Shown here: in pieces, positions 36,712 through 47,418 of the stretch | Numbering within the stretch: the first letter of the stretch is position 1 | How the letters are laid out: each line of letters opens with the position of its first letter | NCBI GenBank assembly: GCA_965219455.1 | Contig: OZ244744.1 | Span: 960,001 to 1,024,000, forward strand | Direction: 5' to 3' | Length of the DNA: 64,000 bases | DNA from: Candidatus Latescibacterota bacterium | GTDB taxonomy: Bacteria; Latescibacterota; UBA2968; GCA-2709665 | Position numbers and translations under genes: made by a program | Notes under the pieces: model-generated | What the model was told of the DNA's origin: nothing | The model's database searches: none | The model's input: only the letters and a program-made list of their open reading frames with translations

Positions 36712-39237
36712 TTATTCTTCTCCCATTTCCGCATGGGACAACGCACCCAGAAAATAGGGAACACCGAAAAACAATAAACTGATGTACATCGGACTCATTT
36801 CGACCGCGCCGTGGCGTTTCGGGTCGTCCCCCCAGTACTGTCCCGCAATCAGCGTCTTCAAGACCGCCTGACCGATCTCCAGGTATTTCCGGTTCTCCGT
36901 CATCCTGTACGCGTAGCCCAGGTGCCGGCACAGGACGCCGCCGTACCGCTGTTGAATGGCGTTGTCCGCATTCAGTACTTCCGGATAACCACAGAACCAG
37001 TCTACCGCCCGGCGGTAGACCTCCGCCACGTCTTCCCGATCGGTGAGGCGGTGCAACAATTCCAACCCGACCAGAAGATAATGGGTCTGATACCCTTTCT
37101 GTTCCGAAACCGGCAGGACCCGGTCTACCGACTTCGCATCCCCTCTCAGCTTACGAAACTCGGCGTCGGTGAACGGCGCCGCCGTGCCCAACTCCACGGC
37201 CAGCGTCGTGCCCTCCGTGGCCATGCCGAACGGCCTCTGGTCGGACAGCCGGTCCGCGGTGGAGATCTGAAACCGCTTGTGCCAGCTTCCATCGTCATTC
37301 TGACCCCGCGCAATCGCCTCGTACACGGCAAGCGCACGCGTCTTGAACCGCTCCTCGCCCGTGACTTGGTACACATAAAGCAGACCGCGCATTGCGTTGG
37401 CAATGCTGCGCAGGCTGAAACTGAACGCCGGGTCTTCCGTCCACCGGTATCGCAACAGAAACTCCCCGGCCTCACGAATCACCTCCAGCGTCCGAAGGTC
37501 ACCCGTCAGGTAGTAATAGTCCATCCAGCCGTCCAGAAACGTGTGGGACGCACAGCTCTCATCCCCGAAATGGTCCACGCTATGGCGGAAACAGCCGCCC
37601 ACCATATAGGGTCTGAACGGGTGGTAGTGGCAGGTATCGACGTCCACCGAATGCCGGGTCATCGCTTCGCCGAGCAGAAAATGCCGGGGGTCGCCTGTGC
37701 GCATGTACTGCACCCAAACTCCGTGCCTCGGATCCCACTCGCTGTTGCACCAACCCCACCGGCCGTAAAATCGCCAGTCGTCGGTGCCCTGATCCCACGC
37801 CACCAGCGCATCGCCCCAGTCAAGAAATCCGTACCAGGCGCCCAGTTCGATATTCCGCTGCAGCCAATCAACGAAGGCCGCCATCATCCGCTCGGATTTC
37901 GGAAAACGCCCTTCGACAAAGGGTTGAAACCCGCCCGTGGCTTCACCCTCCGCCATCGATACCGGATCCACGGATACGTGCGGCGCCCGGAGCCAACCTC
38001 TCAGGCGCCCGGGGACGCCGTCGCTGTCCGACGTCCGGTAGAAACAAGCGAAGAACTCGGTCGTTTTGGAAGTGCCGGTACCATCGGCATAGACCCCCTC
38101 GCCTTCATCCCACGCCACGGCCTCCGAATACCGCTTTAAAGAAAGGCATTTCCCGTCGGGATCCTTCCAGCAATACACGTCGATCCCACCGCCGGTCCCG
38201 GAAACGCCAAGCGCTTTCGGATATTCCTCGGGCATATGGCGCAGACCGACGCCAACACCCACCCGGCTGTCTTCGCAGGCGATCCAACCCTCCGTGCGGT
38301 CACCTTCGGCAAGTGTTCTTGTGCCCTGGCCCTGACGCCGGTCCAGACGAAAATGGTTGTGGAGGCGCTGAGAAAGCAACAGCGATTCACCGGCGGCCGC
38401 CACACCGGCGATCTCCCGGCTCGCGGAAATCCGGTAATTAACGGAACCCGAGAGCGAGACCGGCACTCGCAATGCGATTTCCTCCACTTCCGTCTCTCTC
38501 GGATTGCAGGCGGCAACCACGGTGTGCAGCACGCGTAACTCGGTTCGGCCCGCGTAGGCGTAAATTCGCGTCACGAAACGAAACGGCCGATACCCCGAAT
38601 AGTGGTGCATCGGCAGATCGGCCTCGAATGAGCCTTCACACCGGATCACGGCCCTGATCGGGCCGGCCTCCTCCACGCTCACGTCGTACACGGCCTCCGC
38701 GAGAGACGCCCGGCAATCGCCGCCCATCCCATAGATGTACCGCTTCCCCTCGTCGTCCAGAAACGACTCGCGGATACGCACCCACGCGTCCCCTCCCAGG
38801 CTTGCGACTTCCTCTTCCGACGTAAACTCGCCGTCCGGCTCCATCCGCCCCAGCGCCACGTTTTCCACCAGAGAAAACCGGCGGCGATGCACCTCGAACC
38901 GGAGCGGGCCCGTACAGATGATCAACCTTTCGTCGGCTTCCTCAACGCGCACCTCATTGGCCGGCTTAACCCGGTCTCCACTCTGACAGACCGTATACAA
39001 CGACTTGCCACCGGGCGGCACATTCGCCTGGAAGTCCGTGAGAACCCACTTCAAACTCCCGTCCGGCCACCGACTCAACACGCGGAACTGTGAGGATACC
39101 GGCCGGCCGGCCGCATCTTTCACCCCCAACAGGGTCGGATCCTGAACAGCACCTCTGGGAATCGGGACCCCCCTCGTCACCGGCCAATTGCAACGCGCAA
39201 CGCCCTCAGATTCAACCACCCGCAACTTGATTGCCAT
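36712..39237 (-). CDS. PL26/YetA-like (exo-rhamnogalacturonan lyase-like) protein without a signal peptide
   Basis: N-terminal PVTRGVPIPRG..WPDGSLKW; later WYGFLDWGD, WCNSE, RHSVDVD, RHSVDHF and YYYLTGD. Confidence 0.68.
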   Translation of the reverse strand: MAIKLRVVESEGVARCNWPVTRGVPIPRGAVQDPTLLGVKDAAGRPVSSQFRVLSRWPDGSLKWVLTDFQANVPPGGKSLYTVCQSGDRVKPANEVRVEEADERLIICTGPLRFEVHRRRFSLVENVALGRMEPDGEFTSEEEVASLGGDAWVRIRESFLDDEGKRYIYGMGGDCRASLAEAVYDVSVEEAGPIRAVIRCEGSFEADLPMHHYSGYRPFRFVTRIYAYAGRTELRVLHTVVAACNPRETEVEEIALRVPVSLSGSVNYRISASREIAGVAAAGESLLLSQRLHNHFRLDRRQGQGTRTLAEGDRTEGWIACEDSRVGVGVGLRHMPEEYPKALGVSGTGGGIDVYCWKDPDGKCLSLKRYSEAVAWDEGEGVYADGTGTSKTTEFFACFYRTSDSDGVPGRLRGWLRAPHVSVDPVSMAEGEATGGFQPFVEGRFPKSERMMAAFVDWLQRNIELGAWYGFLDWGDALVAWDQGTDDWRFYGRWGWCNSEWDPRHGVWVQYMRTGDPRHFLLGEAMTRHSVDVDTCHYHPFRPYMVGGCFRHSVDHFGDESCASHTFLDGWMDYYYLTGDLRTLEVIREAGEFLLRYRWTEDPAFSFSLRSIANAMRGLLYVYQVTGEERFKTRALAVYEAIARGQNDDGSWHKRFQISTADRLSDQRPFGMATEGTTLAVELGTAAPFTDAEFRKLRGDAKSVDRVLPVSEQKGYQTHYLLVGLELLHRLTDREDVAEVYRRAVDWFCGYPEVLNADNAIQQRYGGVLCRHLGYAYRMTENRKYLEIGQAVLKTLIAGQYWGDDPKRHGAVEMSPMYISLLFFGVPYFLGALSHAEMGEE

Positions 39238-39364
39238 TCGTTCCTGCATGTGCAAATCCCTTTCCGAAGGATTCCTTCGCGTTCCACGCTTCATCGGCAG
39301 CCTTGTGAAGTCCACGGCTCAGGCGCGGAACGAACATCCGGTCCTGAATCGCGTCGATCCTCCT

Positions 39365-40648
39365 CTATTGTTCAGATAGATATGGAATCGTCAACGGGCC
39401 GTCCGGAAGCACCGCCACCCGTGCGTCGCCGCCAATCGCCCGGATCTTTTCCCGAAGGGTTGCGTCAAGATCTGCCACGGCGTCCAGTTTGCACGCCTCG
39501 ATATCGCCCCTGTCCATACCGGAATAAACCCCGACTTCAATCCGCTCGAGGATGGCCGCCAGGGTCTGCGCCTGCCACTGGTCCAGGATGGGTTCCCGGT
39601 CGTGTACCGCCTGCATGACGTCCCGCGGCCGGTCTCCGGTGCGCATCAATTCGGCGAAGTTTCCGTGATCCGGGACCCCGTCGCTGCACTCGCTCGCGAC
39701 AAGCACGGTCCCGCCATCTTCCACGATGCGGGCGGCCGCCGACATGCCCTTGACGGCCTGGTACAGGTTCTGATCCAGGGGGTATCCGCTGTTCGAAGTC
39801 AGTACGACATGGAACGGCTTCTCTACGGGCGCCATCGAGGCCGCCCTCGCGGACACACACCCCAGTTGATGGGCCGCCAGATAGTCCCCCACAAAGAACC
39901 CCGAAATCGCCTTTTCCCCGTTCAGCGTTACGTTCACCAGGAAATCCGGCGGGCAAAGCGCGACCGCTTCGCGGACTTCCCGTTGCAGGGGGTTCTCGTT
40001 GAGGACACCCCATGTACTCATCGGATCCGCAATCAGTTCCGACCGATGCAACCGATAAATCGTCTCAATTCCCGCCACTCCAGGCGCAACGCCCTTTGGC
40101 CCGCCCGAAAAGCCCGCGAAGAAATGGGGCTCTATAAATCCCAGTACAATCCGCTTGTCCGCTTCTACATACGCGCTATCCAGCCAGACGTCCGTACCAC
40201 AGGCGGACTTGCCCAGAAACACGTTTTTCGATGCGTCGTACGCGTTATGATTCAGAATCCGCAACCGCCTGGAGACCTCGCTGCCGAACATCCCCGCGAT
40301 TTCTTCATCCGTGTTTGCCCGATGCGTCCCGTTTCCCAGCAACACCGTGACATTCTCATCGGGCACTGGCAGAGCCTCAAGAATCCAGGGAATCAACTGC
40401 CGGTTGGGCACCGCGCGGGTACCGTCGGACGTCACAATGACGACCCTGTCACGGGGTGAAACCAGATTGCCGAGCGGGTCTGACGCCACCGGATTCGCTA
40501 CCGCTTCCCGAAAACGACGTTTCGGGTCAGGCATCGCCGCCGCGAAGGATGGGCGAATCACGTCCCATTCGGCCAACGCGGGGTCGGCGCTGATGGACAC
40601 ACTGCCGTGGCCAAACGCAACGTCGACCCGATATTCATCCGTGAGCAT
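39365..40648 (-). CDS. larA: Nickel-pincer-dependent lactate racemase family protein
   Basis: SDGTR, GTHR, GFIEPHFFAGFSGGPK, GYPLDQNLYQAVKG, ECSDG. Confidence 0.88.
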   Translation of the reverse strand: MLTDEYRVDVAFGHGSVSISADPALAEWDVIRPSFAAAMPDPKRRFREAVANPVASDPLGNLVSPRDRVVIVTSDGTRAVPNRQLIPWILEALPVPDENVTVLLGNGTHRANTDEEIAGMFGSEVSRRLRILNHNAYDASKNVFLGKSACGTDVWLDSAYVEADKRIVLGFIEPHFFAGFSGGPKGVAPGVAGIETIYRLHRSELIADPMSTWGVLNENPLQREVREAVALCPPDFLVNVTLNGEKAISGFFVGDYLAAHQLGCVSARAASMAPVEKPFHVVLTSNSGYPLDQNLYQAVKGMSAAARIVEDGGTVLVASECSDGVPDHGNFAELMRTGDRPRDVMQAVHDREPILDQWQAQTLAAILERIEVGVYSGMDRGDIEACKLDAVADLDATLREKIRAIGGDARVAVLPDGPLTIPYLSEQ

Positions 40649-41001
40649 AAGGATCTCCGATTTCAGCGGCTCCAGACCCGTTTCCCGGCACCCTCTGTCG
40701 CCAGCGAAATCTACGGCCTCCACATCCCTTTGTCAAGCCCGGCAGTTCGTCCGGAACCCACGACGAACCCACCTCGCCCATACCTACTGATATAGCGACG
40801 GGTTGTCCGAAGCTTACCCGTGGAAGCGGGTGTGCGGGCATCAGTCGATCCGCACCCGCGCCGGGTGATTCAATTGACATGCGAATCGCCATACGCTATA
40901 TTCCGGATACCCGGTGTCAGGATGTCAATGAGGCCGAACGGGTTACGGTGCAGGCAGTTCACGATTCACTGTCTGCGTTACGTCGTCACGAGTCAAATCG
41001 C

Positions 41002-41745
41002 ATGTCGGAAACGATCATCGTCGTGCCGTGCTACAACGAAGCAGGCCGTCTTCCGGTTGAGGCGTTTCAGGGATTCGTCAGGCGGACGCGTTGCATCAGG
41101 TTTCTGTTCGTCGACGACGGCAGCACGGATGCCACAGACGGGGTCCTGCGCACCCTGCGGGCGTCGGACCCCGAATCCTTCCACGTCCATACCCTCGCGG
41201 TGAATTCCGGAAAGGGCGAGGCGGTACGGCACGGATTCCTGAAAGCATTTGAATCCAACCCCGACTACGTCGGATTCTGGGATGCGGACCTTGCGACACC
41301 GCTGGAAGCCATCCTGAAGTTCCGCGACGTCCTCGAAGGCCGGCCGGACGTCGAGATGGCCTTCGGCGCAAGGGTACGTCTCTTGGGAAGGTCGATCAAA
41401 CGCAACCGGTTGAGGCATTGTCTGAGCAGGTTGTTCGCGATCACGGCCTCCTTATTTCTTCGCGTCGACATTTATGACACACAATGCGGCGCGAAACTTT
41501 TCCGGGTGACGCAGGGCCTGGCGGCCCTGTTTCAGGAACCCTTCGTTACTCGATGGATTTTCGACGTCGAAATCATCGCGAGGCTCATGCGCGCCAGAAC
41601 GGGCACGCAGCGACCACAGGTGCGGGATATCGTGTACGAGGTCCCGCTTTCGGAATGGCGCGACGCGGCCGGATCGAAAATCAGGTTTCGCGATTTCGTC
41701 ATCGCCATATTCGGAATGGTCGAAATCTTTCGAAAATATCGATAA
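41002..41745 (+). CDS. GT2 polyprenyl-phosphate glycosyltransferase (DPM/ALG5-like)
   Basis: VPCYNE, VDDGSTD, GKGEAV, DADLAT, DTQCGAK, FDVE. Confidence 0.9.
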   Translation: MSETIIVVPCYNEAGRLPVEAFQGFVRRTRCIRFLFVDDGSTDATDGVLRTLRASDPESFHVHTLAVNSGKGEAVRHGFLKAFESNPDYVGFWDADLATPLEAILKFRDVLEGRPDVEMAFGARVRLLGRSIKRNRLRHCLSRLFAITASLFLRVDIYDTQCGAKLFRVTQGLAALFQEPFVTRWIFDVEIIARLMRARTGTQRPQVRDIVYEVPLSEWRDAAGSKIRFRDFVIAIFGMVEIFRKYR

Positions 41746-41770
41746 GGCTTCTGCGATTGCCGACACCACA

Positions 41771-43990
41771 ATGTCAAGTTTAAAAGAAAATCGGAGCGCA
41801 TACGCGCTCCTTATCTTCATCCTGATTGCATCGGCAGCTTTGAGGTTCTACGGGATAGGCTGGGGAACCGATCCCGAAACCGGCAGGTTTCACGCCTTCC
41901 ATCCCGATGAACGTACGGTTGTCGAGAGCGCCGGGCTGGTGGGCGTGGAAGTAACCCGGGCGGTCACTGCCTATGCCAAGGGCCCGGCGTATGTCCTGTG
42001 GGTCCTGGCCAATGGCGCCGGGTTCGTTACGGGTATCGAGCCGTTCGATAAAAACGACAATCGATCGGTGCAATTCACCCACCTCGTGGGTCGGGGGATC
42101 TCGGCCACGCTGGGCATTCTGACCGTGTGGATCGTTTTCGCTATCGGCCGCCATCTGTCCGGAATCCGGACCGGCGTTCTCAGCGCGGCTTTTCTGGCCT
42201 TTTGCGCCGGGCACATCCAGCAGTGCCATTTCTATACCGTGGACGTGTCTCTTGCGTTCTGGACCACCCTGGGCGTCTACCTCATCCTGAAGCTGCCTTC
42301 GGACCGCACCCGTCCCTACCTGGTCTGCGGACTTGTCTGCGGAATGGCTGCAGGAACGCGGCTGATGGCGGGAATGCTGTGCCTGCCTTTTCTGCTGGCA
42401 CACGTTTGGCCGGCGCAGGCACGGACGGAGACCGGCGAAGTCCGGCGCGGGAAACGTAAACGCAGCCGCAGGTGGCGGTGGTTGGCGGCGGCGGCGGCCG
42501 AAAGGGTCTGGCGCCGTCTGAAGCCGGCGGTTACGCCGAGAGCGCTGTTTTGCGGGGCGGTCGTGGTTGCGGTTGTGGTGGTCTGCGAACCTCTCCTGCT
42601 CACGCCAGGAGAATTCTTCAGTTCGAAAGACATGAGGAATTTCCTGCCCAGCATGAAGATAGCGAAGGGGCAGACGATCCGGATCTGGGGGCTCTACGAT
42701 TTCTCCACCACACCCTATTTGTTCTTTATCACCCATCTATTCCGGTACGCGCTGGGAACGCCCCTTGAAATCGCGGCGCTGTGCGGTGTCGCACTGGCCA
42801 TCCGGAGGAGGGAGCGCGGCTGGTGGGTGTTGCTGGCCTGGCTGGCGCCATACTTCCTTATGGTGGCGGGACTCCACACCAAGCCTGTCCGTTATACCAC
42901 ACCGATGCAACCGCTGATGGCGGTGATGGGCGCGTGGGCCTGCCTTGAGGCCGCGGGTTGGCTGCGCAGTCGTCTGAACCAGTTTTGGGTCTATGCTTTA
43001 CCCGTGGCGCTTGTGGTTATTCCCACAGCTGCCTATGGGATCGCAACAACGCGCGTCTATCGGTCCAGCGGCCGTTTCGAAGCCGCTGGATGGATAAAGC
43101 GGAATATCCCAGAAGGGGAACGTGTGCTGGCCGAGCGGGGCGGATACCCCACGTCCTGGATGGCGCCGGCGGACCGATACAGGCGAAAGCTGGACGAGGC
43201 GGCCTGGTTCCTATATGCCGATGGCAACCTGCCCTACGAGGCACACGTCGAATTCATACAAAACCGGCTTGCGGGCGTCAATTGGATTGTCCTGATCGAA
43301 GAAAACCGCATGCGGCCGTTCATGAAGGTGCCGCAGCGATACCCGATCGGTCACACCTACTACAGTCGACTGGCCGATGAGAGCCTGGGCTTTGAACGGG
43401 TCGCGCTGTTCAAAGTCGCCCCCGAAATTCTGGGATACACGTTTTCCGAAGCGGACGCCGAACCCACCACCACGGCATTCGATCATCCCAGTGTTGCAGT
43501 GTACCGTCGCACGAGTGCGAACGTGCAGGAACTGCTCGAGCAGTGGAAGGCGGAAGTCCGGACAGACCCGGCGCTACCGGACAGATACGTCCATGCCGGC
43601 GTGGTCGCCTACCATCGGAAGGCCTGGAAGCGGGCCGAGAGCGCGTTCCAGCGCAGCCTGGAAGTGAAGCCGGAATTCGCGCTGGGACGCCTGTTGCTGC
43701 GCGAGGTCTATCTTGCGGAGGGCAGGAACGCGGACGCGAAGAGGGAACTTCGCAGGATCGCCGATTCCGGGCTGTCGGCCGGGGCCTACGTGGGCCTGAT
43801 CCGGGTGGGCATGGCGGAAAGGGGGGCGAAGTACCTGGCTGGATACGTGGAACTGACCGCGAAGAAAAAAAAGAGCAATACCGTCCTGTTGCATTACGGA
43901 TGGCTGATCGAAAAAATCCGCGCGGAACTAAGCGCGCGGCGCGAAAAGTCAAAACAGCCGTCGCAGAGTAAAGCGCCGCCATCGAACTGA
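41771..43990 (+). CDS. ArnT/PMT-type (GT-C) membrane glycosyltransferase with a C-terminal TPR-like region
   Basis: N-terminal TM then FHPDE, HFYTVD and many TM helices; AFQRSLEVKPEF TPR-like segment. Confidence 0.78.
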   Translation: MSSLKENRSAYALLIFILIASAALRFYGIGWGTDPETGRFHAFHPDERTVVESAGLVGVEVTRAVTAYAKGPAYVLWVLANGAGFVTGIEPFDKNDNRSVQFTHLVGRGISATLGILTVWIVFAIGRHLSGIRTGVLSAAFLAFCAGHIQQCHFYTVDVSLAFWTTLGVYLILKLPSDRTRPYLVCGLVCGMAAGTRLMAGMLCLPFLLAHVWPAQARTETGEVRRGKRKRSRRWRWLAAAAAERVWRRLKPAVTPRALFCGAVVVAVVVVCEPLLLTPGEFFSSKDMRNFLPSMKIAKGQTIRIWGLYDFSTTPYLFFITHLFRYALGTPLEIAALCGVALAIRRRERGWWVLLAWLAPYFLMVAGLHTKPVRYTTPMQPLMAVMGAWACLEAAGWLRSRLNQFWVYALPVALVVIPTAAYGIATTRVYRSSGRFEAAGWIKRNIPEGERVLAERGGYPTSWMAPADRYRRKLDEAAWFLYADGNLPYEAHVEFIQNRLAGVNWIVLIEENRMRPFMKVPQRYPIGHTYYSRLADESLGFERVALFKVAPEILGYTFSEADAEPTTTAFDHPSVAVYRRTSANVQELLEQWKAEVRTDPALPDRYVHAGVVAYHRKAWKRAESAFQRSLEVKPEFALGRLLLREVYLAEGRNADAKRELRRIADSGLSAGAYVGLIRVGMAERGAKYLAGYVELTAKKKKSNTVLLHYGWLIEKIRAELSARREKSKQPSQSKAPPSN

Positions 43991-44005
43991 ACCGTGCGCG
44001 ACGGA

Positions 44006-45874
44006 CTACTTCCTGAGCGTCACGTTTCGCTCCTTCCCGCCCCCATACACCACCCGGACCGTCGCCGTCCGATCCCCCGCCGATGCCTCGACTTCCGGTC
44101 GATCTGAAGCGTCCCCCACGTGAATCGCCCACAACACCTCGATTTCCCGGCATGGATGAAACGGCCCGAAACTCCGATATTCGACGCTGACCCGATGGGG
44201 TCGATACTGATTGGACTCCGTGTACATGCTGGTCCGCTTCACGTCGCTCATCCGCCAGCATTCCATGTGTTCCGGAATCACTCTGGACAGCGACAACGTC
44301 ACGCCGTTCCGCCTGAACCCGGTTAGCCGCTCGTCGCCGTACACCTCGGCCCGGTGATGGAACAACCACTCCAGCAGCCGGGGCTCCTCGGACGAAATCC
44401 GGTCGTAGACCAGAACCACGTCAGGTTTCAAGAAAGCCAGCGTGCGCAGATATTGTTTCAGTTTCCCGCCGTAAGCCGCGGTCGCGTCTCCGACGGCTAC
44501 GTCCACCTCTTCACCACGCTCGAAAGAAACGATCCTCCCTGGATAGTCGGCCCCGTAACGCTGACCCTCGCCGTCGACCATCACCGTATTGTGCCCGATC
44601 GTCCCGTTTCCGTCAAAATTCCACCGCTCGCCCCCGTCGCTGTCGAAAAACCCCAGCGCGTGGCCGTACGGCCAGATACCTTCGTCGATCAACAGCCGTT
44701 CCCCCCGCGAGGTGACGACAAATGAATTCGCGTCGAGCTGTGAGTGGCCGACGGCGCTCGAACCCGATTTGAGGCCCACAAAGGTCGCCTGGTCGTCCCA
44801 CCCGCTGCGCATCGTCACCACACCGGTTGTGGGATAACTTCGCGAGGTCTCATTCGGAATCGCGTCTGCCAGCGATGGATCGTCCCAGATCAGGCGCTCC
44901 ACCGTCGTATGGTCGCTGGCCCTGGCGGTTCGCGCCCAGTCTCCCCGCCTGTTCAGGTTTGCCAGCAGCAGCAAATAGTCGAGACTGGATCCAAGGGAAA
45001 TCCCGTTATCGTTGAAATTGTATACCTGTCCGTCGGGCTCGGTCACGTGAACGATATAGTCCCCCGTTTCCCGCAATGCCGGATGCTCGAACAGATTCAC
45101 CGCTCCGCCCGTTGCCCGACGCAGCCCGACGCCGAACTTCACGCCGTGCCCCAGAGTGCCCAGCCAGTATCCGGGCCCTTCCGCCCAGTCCCCTTCCGGC
45201 GGAACGAAATCCAGAATGTCCAGGCACCCTTCGAGCGCCGCCCGCAACACCGCGTCGAAATCCGAAATTGCCTCCGCACACGCGATTGCAGCTGTACCCA
45301 TCTCGCCGCAGCACATGATCTTCCAGTTCCAATGATAGTCCGGACTTGACCAGTGCGCATCCTGATTTCTCCAGGTCTCGAGAAACCGGGCGACCGTATA
45401 CGCGTTGATTCGCTCGGAAATCGACGCCACCGCGTCAGCCGGCCAGAGTTCCGAACAGAGGTCCATCGTCGAACCGATTGCCGATGCCACGTTCAGCATG
45501 GCGTGGTCACATCGCATGGGGCGGTGAGGACGCGCCACCCACTCCTCGGGCGGAAATGAGAACATCACCTCCACGCCCGCCAGCGCCCTGGCCGCGAATG
45601 CGTCATCTTCCAGTATAAAGGCGGCGTTTGCCAGCGACCGGAGCGGCGTCTGGCAGAAATACGGAAGCTCCGGGGCGGCGCCGAAGAGGTCTTCATTCTC
45701 AGACGCGGCTCTCGCCTCTTTGACAAGCCTGTCCACAAATCCCGGTGTCGCGCTCGCCCGTCGTCGAACCTCCGCGACCTCTTCCGCGCCCAGCAGGACT
45801 CTCGGCCTCGTCTCCCGCGGCGCCACCGTTGCGTTTTCCAGTTTCGCGAGCAGATCTTCTGAGAATGGTTTCAT
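44006..45874 (-). CDS. Heparinase II/III-family lyase-like protein
   Basis: NW motif, GDWAEGPGYW, FNFND-like YNFND, MRSGW, HSQLDANSF, HNTVMVDG. Confidence 0.8.
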   Translation of the reverse strand: MKPFSEDLLAKLENATVAPRETRPRVLLGAEEVAEVRRRASATPGFVDRLVKEARAASENEDLFGAAPELPYFCQTPLRSLANAAFILEDDAFAARALAGVEVMFSFPPEEWVARPHRPMRCDHAMLNVASAIGSTMDLCSELWPADAVASISERINAYTVARFLETWRNQDAHWSSPDYHWNWKIMCCGEMGTAAIACAEAISDFDAVLRAALEGCLDILDFVPPEGDWAEGPGYWLGTLGHGVKFGVGLRRATGGAVNLFEHPALRETGDYIVHVTEPDGQVYNFNDNGISLGSSLDYLLLLANLNRRGDWARTARASDHTTVERLIWDDPSLADAIPNETSRSYPTTGVVTMRSGWDDQATFVGLKSGSSAVGHSQLDANSFVVTSRGERLLIDEGIWPYGHALGFFDSDGGERWNFDGNGTIGHNTVMVDGEGQRYGADYPGRIVSFERGEEVDVAVGDATAAYGGKLKQYLRTLAFLKPDVVLVYDRISSEEPRLLEWLFHHRAEVYGDERLTGFRRNGVTLSLSRVIPEHMECWRMSDVKRTSMYTESNQYRPHRVSVEYRSFGPFHPCREIEVLWAIHVGDASDRPEVEASAGDRTATVRVVYGGGKERNVTLRK

Positions 45875-46029
45875 TCGTGTACTCCCTGGTTAGATTTCAG
45901 TATTGCAAGGGCCAGACCGTTTTCCCCGGTCGTAATAACTTACCCTCCAATGGCCACCTCTTTGCCCAATGACGCACGACAGGTCTTCGCTTCATTGAGT
46001 TTAATCTTGCGAATGTCTCACCCCTTCGA

Positions 46030-46482
46030 TGTCGCAGCAGCCGATGCGGTGAAACATAAACCACGCTACCTACTGCGAGATGCCCAGATCCCGATGCAGC
46101 GTCATCGAAGAAACACCCTTCAGGCTCGTCACACACAGATAAATGCCCCACACCCACTTCTTGACAGGCAGCCGCGACTTCGCCATTACCGTGCCCGTCC
46201 TACAGCTAAAATACGACCTGCAATCATTGCAGAAATATGGCACCGGCGTGCCGCTCTTAACAACCGACGTGTTCAAGCCACCACAATGACCACAGCACCG
46301 CTCACCATCAGGCCAGATCTGCAACTCAAACCAACTCACCGCAGACGCCTCATCCGGAAACATCCCAGCCGACTGCAAAACCGAGATGCCTTCACGATCC
46401 GACTTTCCCGGTGCCATATGCCTCTCGTCCGTCTGCCCCATGACAACCCCCTATCCTACAAGTGCATAACTATATGTGCACC
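46030..46482 (-). mobile_element. Truncated IS1595-family element (transposase pseudogene)
   Basis: APGKSDREGIS..MFPDE, Zn ribbon CGHCG..CNDC, TGTVM..SRLP, KGVSSMTLHRDLGISQ then an in-frame TAG before AWFMFHRI. No DDE domain. Candidate left end GGTGCACATATAG at 46482. Confidence 0.85.
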
Positions 46483-46624
46483 AATAAGATACGGAAGAAC
46501 GACAGCAATGTCAAGTACAAGTCGCTGGATTCGAGAGAAACAAAAAAATAGCCTGTTCGCTGTACCCTTCACTTTAGTAAAGGGTGCCTGAAGAACAGGT
46601 TACAGCCGAACGACTCGTGGGTTC

Positions 46625-46915
46625 CTACCTTTTTCTTTTCAGACTTTCATAAAAACTGCTGCGGGTATCCACATGGACAAACCGCCCGTGGCCCTCATCA
46701 TCCGTTTGAACGGCTATCCGATAACCGGAGGACAGCCAAAACTTGACAACATCCGAACGGGATTTTACTTTCTCCGCCTTTCTGCCTGGCGGTATTGTTC
46801 CAGATTCTATCTCTTTGACCAAATCTTCGATGTTTTCCTGAACATGACGAGGAAGTTTCTTAACAACCTTCTGCAACCTCTTGCTCGGATTTGTGAGTTT
46901 TATAGGCCCGAACAA
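46625..46915 (-). CDS. RelE/ParE-like toxin
   Basis: Small basic protein: KRLQKVVKKLP..VKFWLSSGYRI..HVDTRSSFY. TTG start 2 nt after the upstream stop, with GAGGA RBS. Confidence 0.65.
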   Translation of the reverse strand: MFGPIKLTNPSKRLQKVVKKLPRHVQENIEDLVKEIESGTIPPGRKAEKVKSRSDVVKFWLSSGYRIAVQTDDEGHGRFVHVDTRSSFYESLKRKR

Positions 46916-46917
46916 AA

Positions 46918-47418
46918 CTATCCTCGAAGTTTTCGTATATACTCCTCTGCATTTTCGCAAACGTCCTTCGACCAAGGCTCCTGCACTCCAGCATGAATTC
47001 CAACATGCCAGCGAAACTCCTCACAAACACCTATAAGATCTTCGAGAGAAGATACAAGACCGGAAATCTCTTCCTGGCTCACACCGGTGATGTTCTTGAA
47101 CGTTCGATACTCCGAAATACATTCCTTCGTGGTCTCTACAAAAACATCAATCTCCGTCATCACACGATCAACATCCTTGAAATAGGAACTGATCACAGAC
47201 GGATCTTCCTCCACCTCTTCAAGACGATCTATATAAAACTGGGTCCAGCTGTCTACCTTCTTCCAAAGAGAAAAGTGACCTTTTCGGCGAGTCTCAACAT
47301 CTTTGGATAATTCAGCCCCTCTCCGAGTAGCAGTCTTCATCTCGGAAACACCTAACGATGCCGGACGGGCCACACCGCTATAAGACGACAACATCTCCGT
47401 CACAGATGTACTCGACAT
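46918..47418 (-). CDS. Hypothetical helical acidic protein, putative antitoxin
   Basis: Strong RBS GAGGAGAGG; coupled to the RelE-like gene; C-terminus CENAEEYIRKL resembles RelB/DinJ-type tails. Confidence 0.55.
   Translation of the reverse strand: MSSTSVTEMLSSYSGVARPASLGVSEMKTATRRGAELSKDVETRRKGHFSLWKKVDSWTQFYIDRLEEVEEDPSVISSYFKDVDRVMTEIDVFVETTKECISEYRTFKNITGVSQEEISGLVSSLEDLIGVCEEFRWHVGIHAGVQEPWSKDVCENAEEYIRKLRG

Noticed and set aside
45897-46157. 86-aa ORF as a continuation of the IS1595 transposase
   Set aside because: No DDE motif is recognisable; it looks like junction sequence after truncation.
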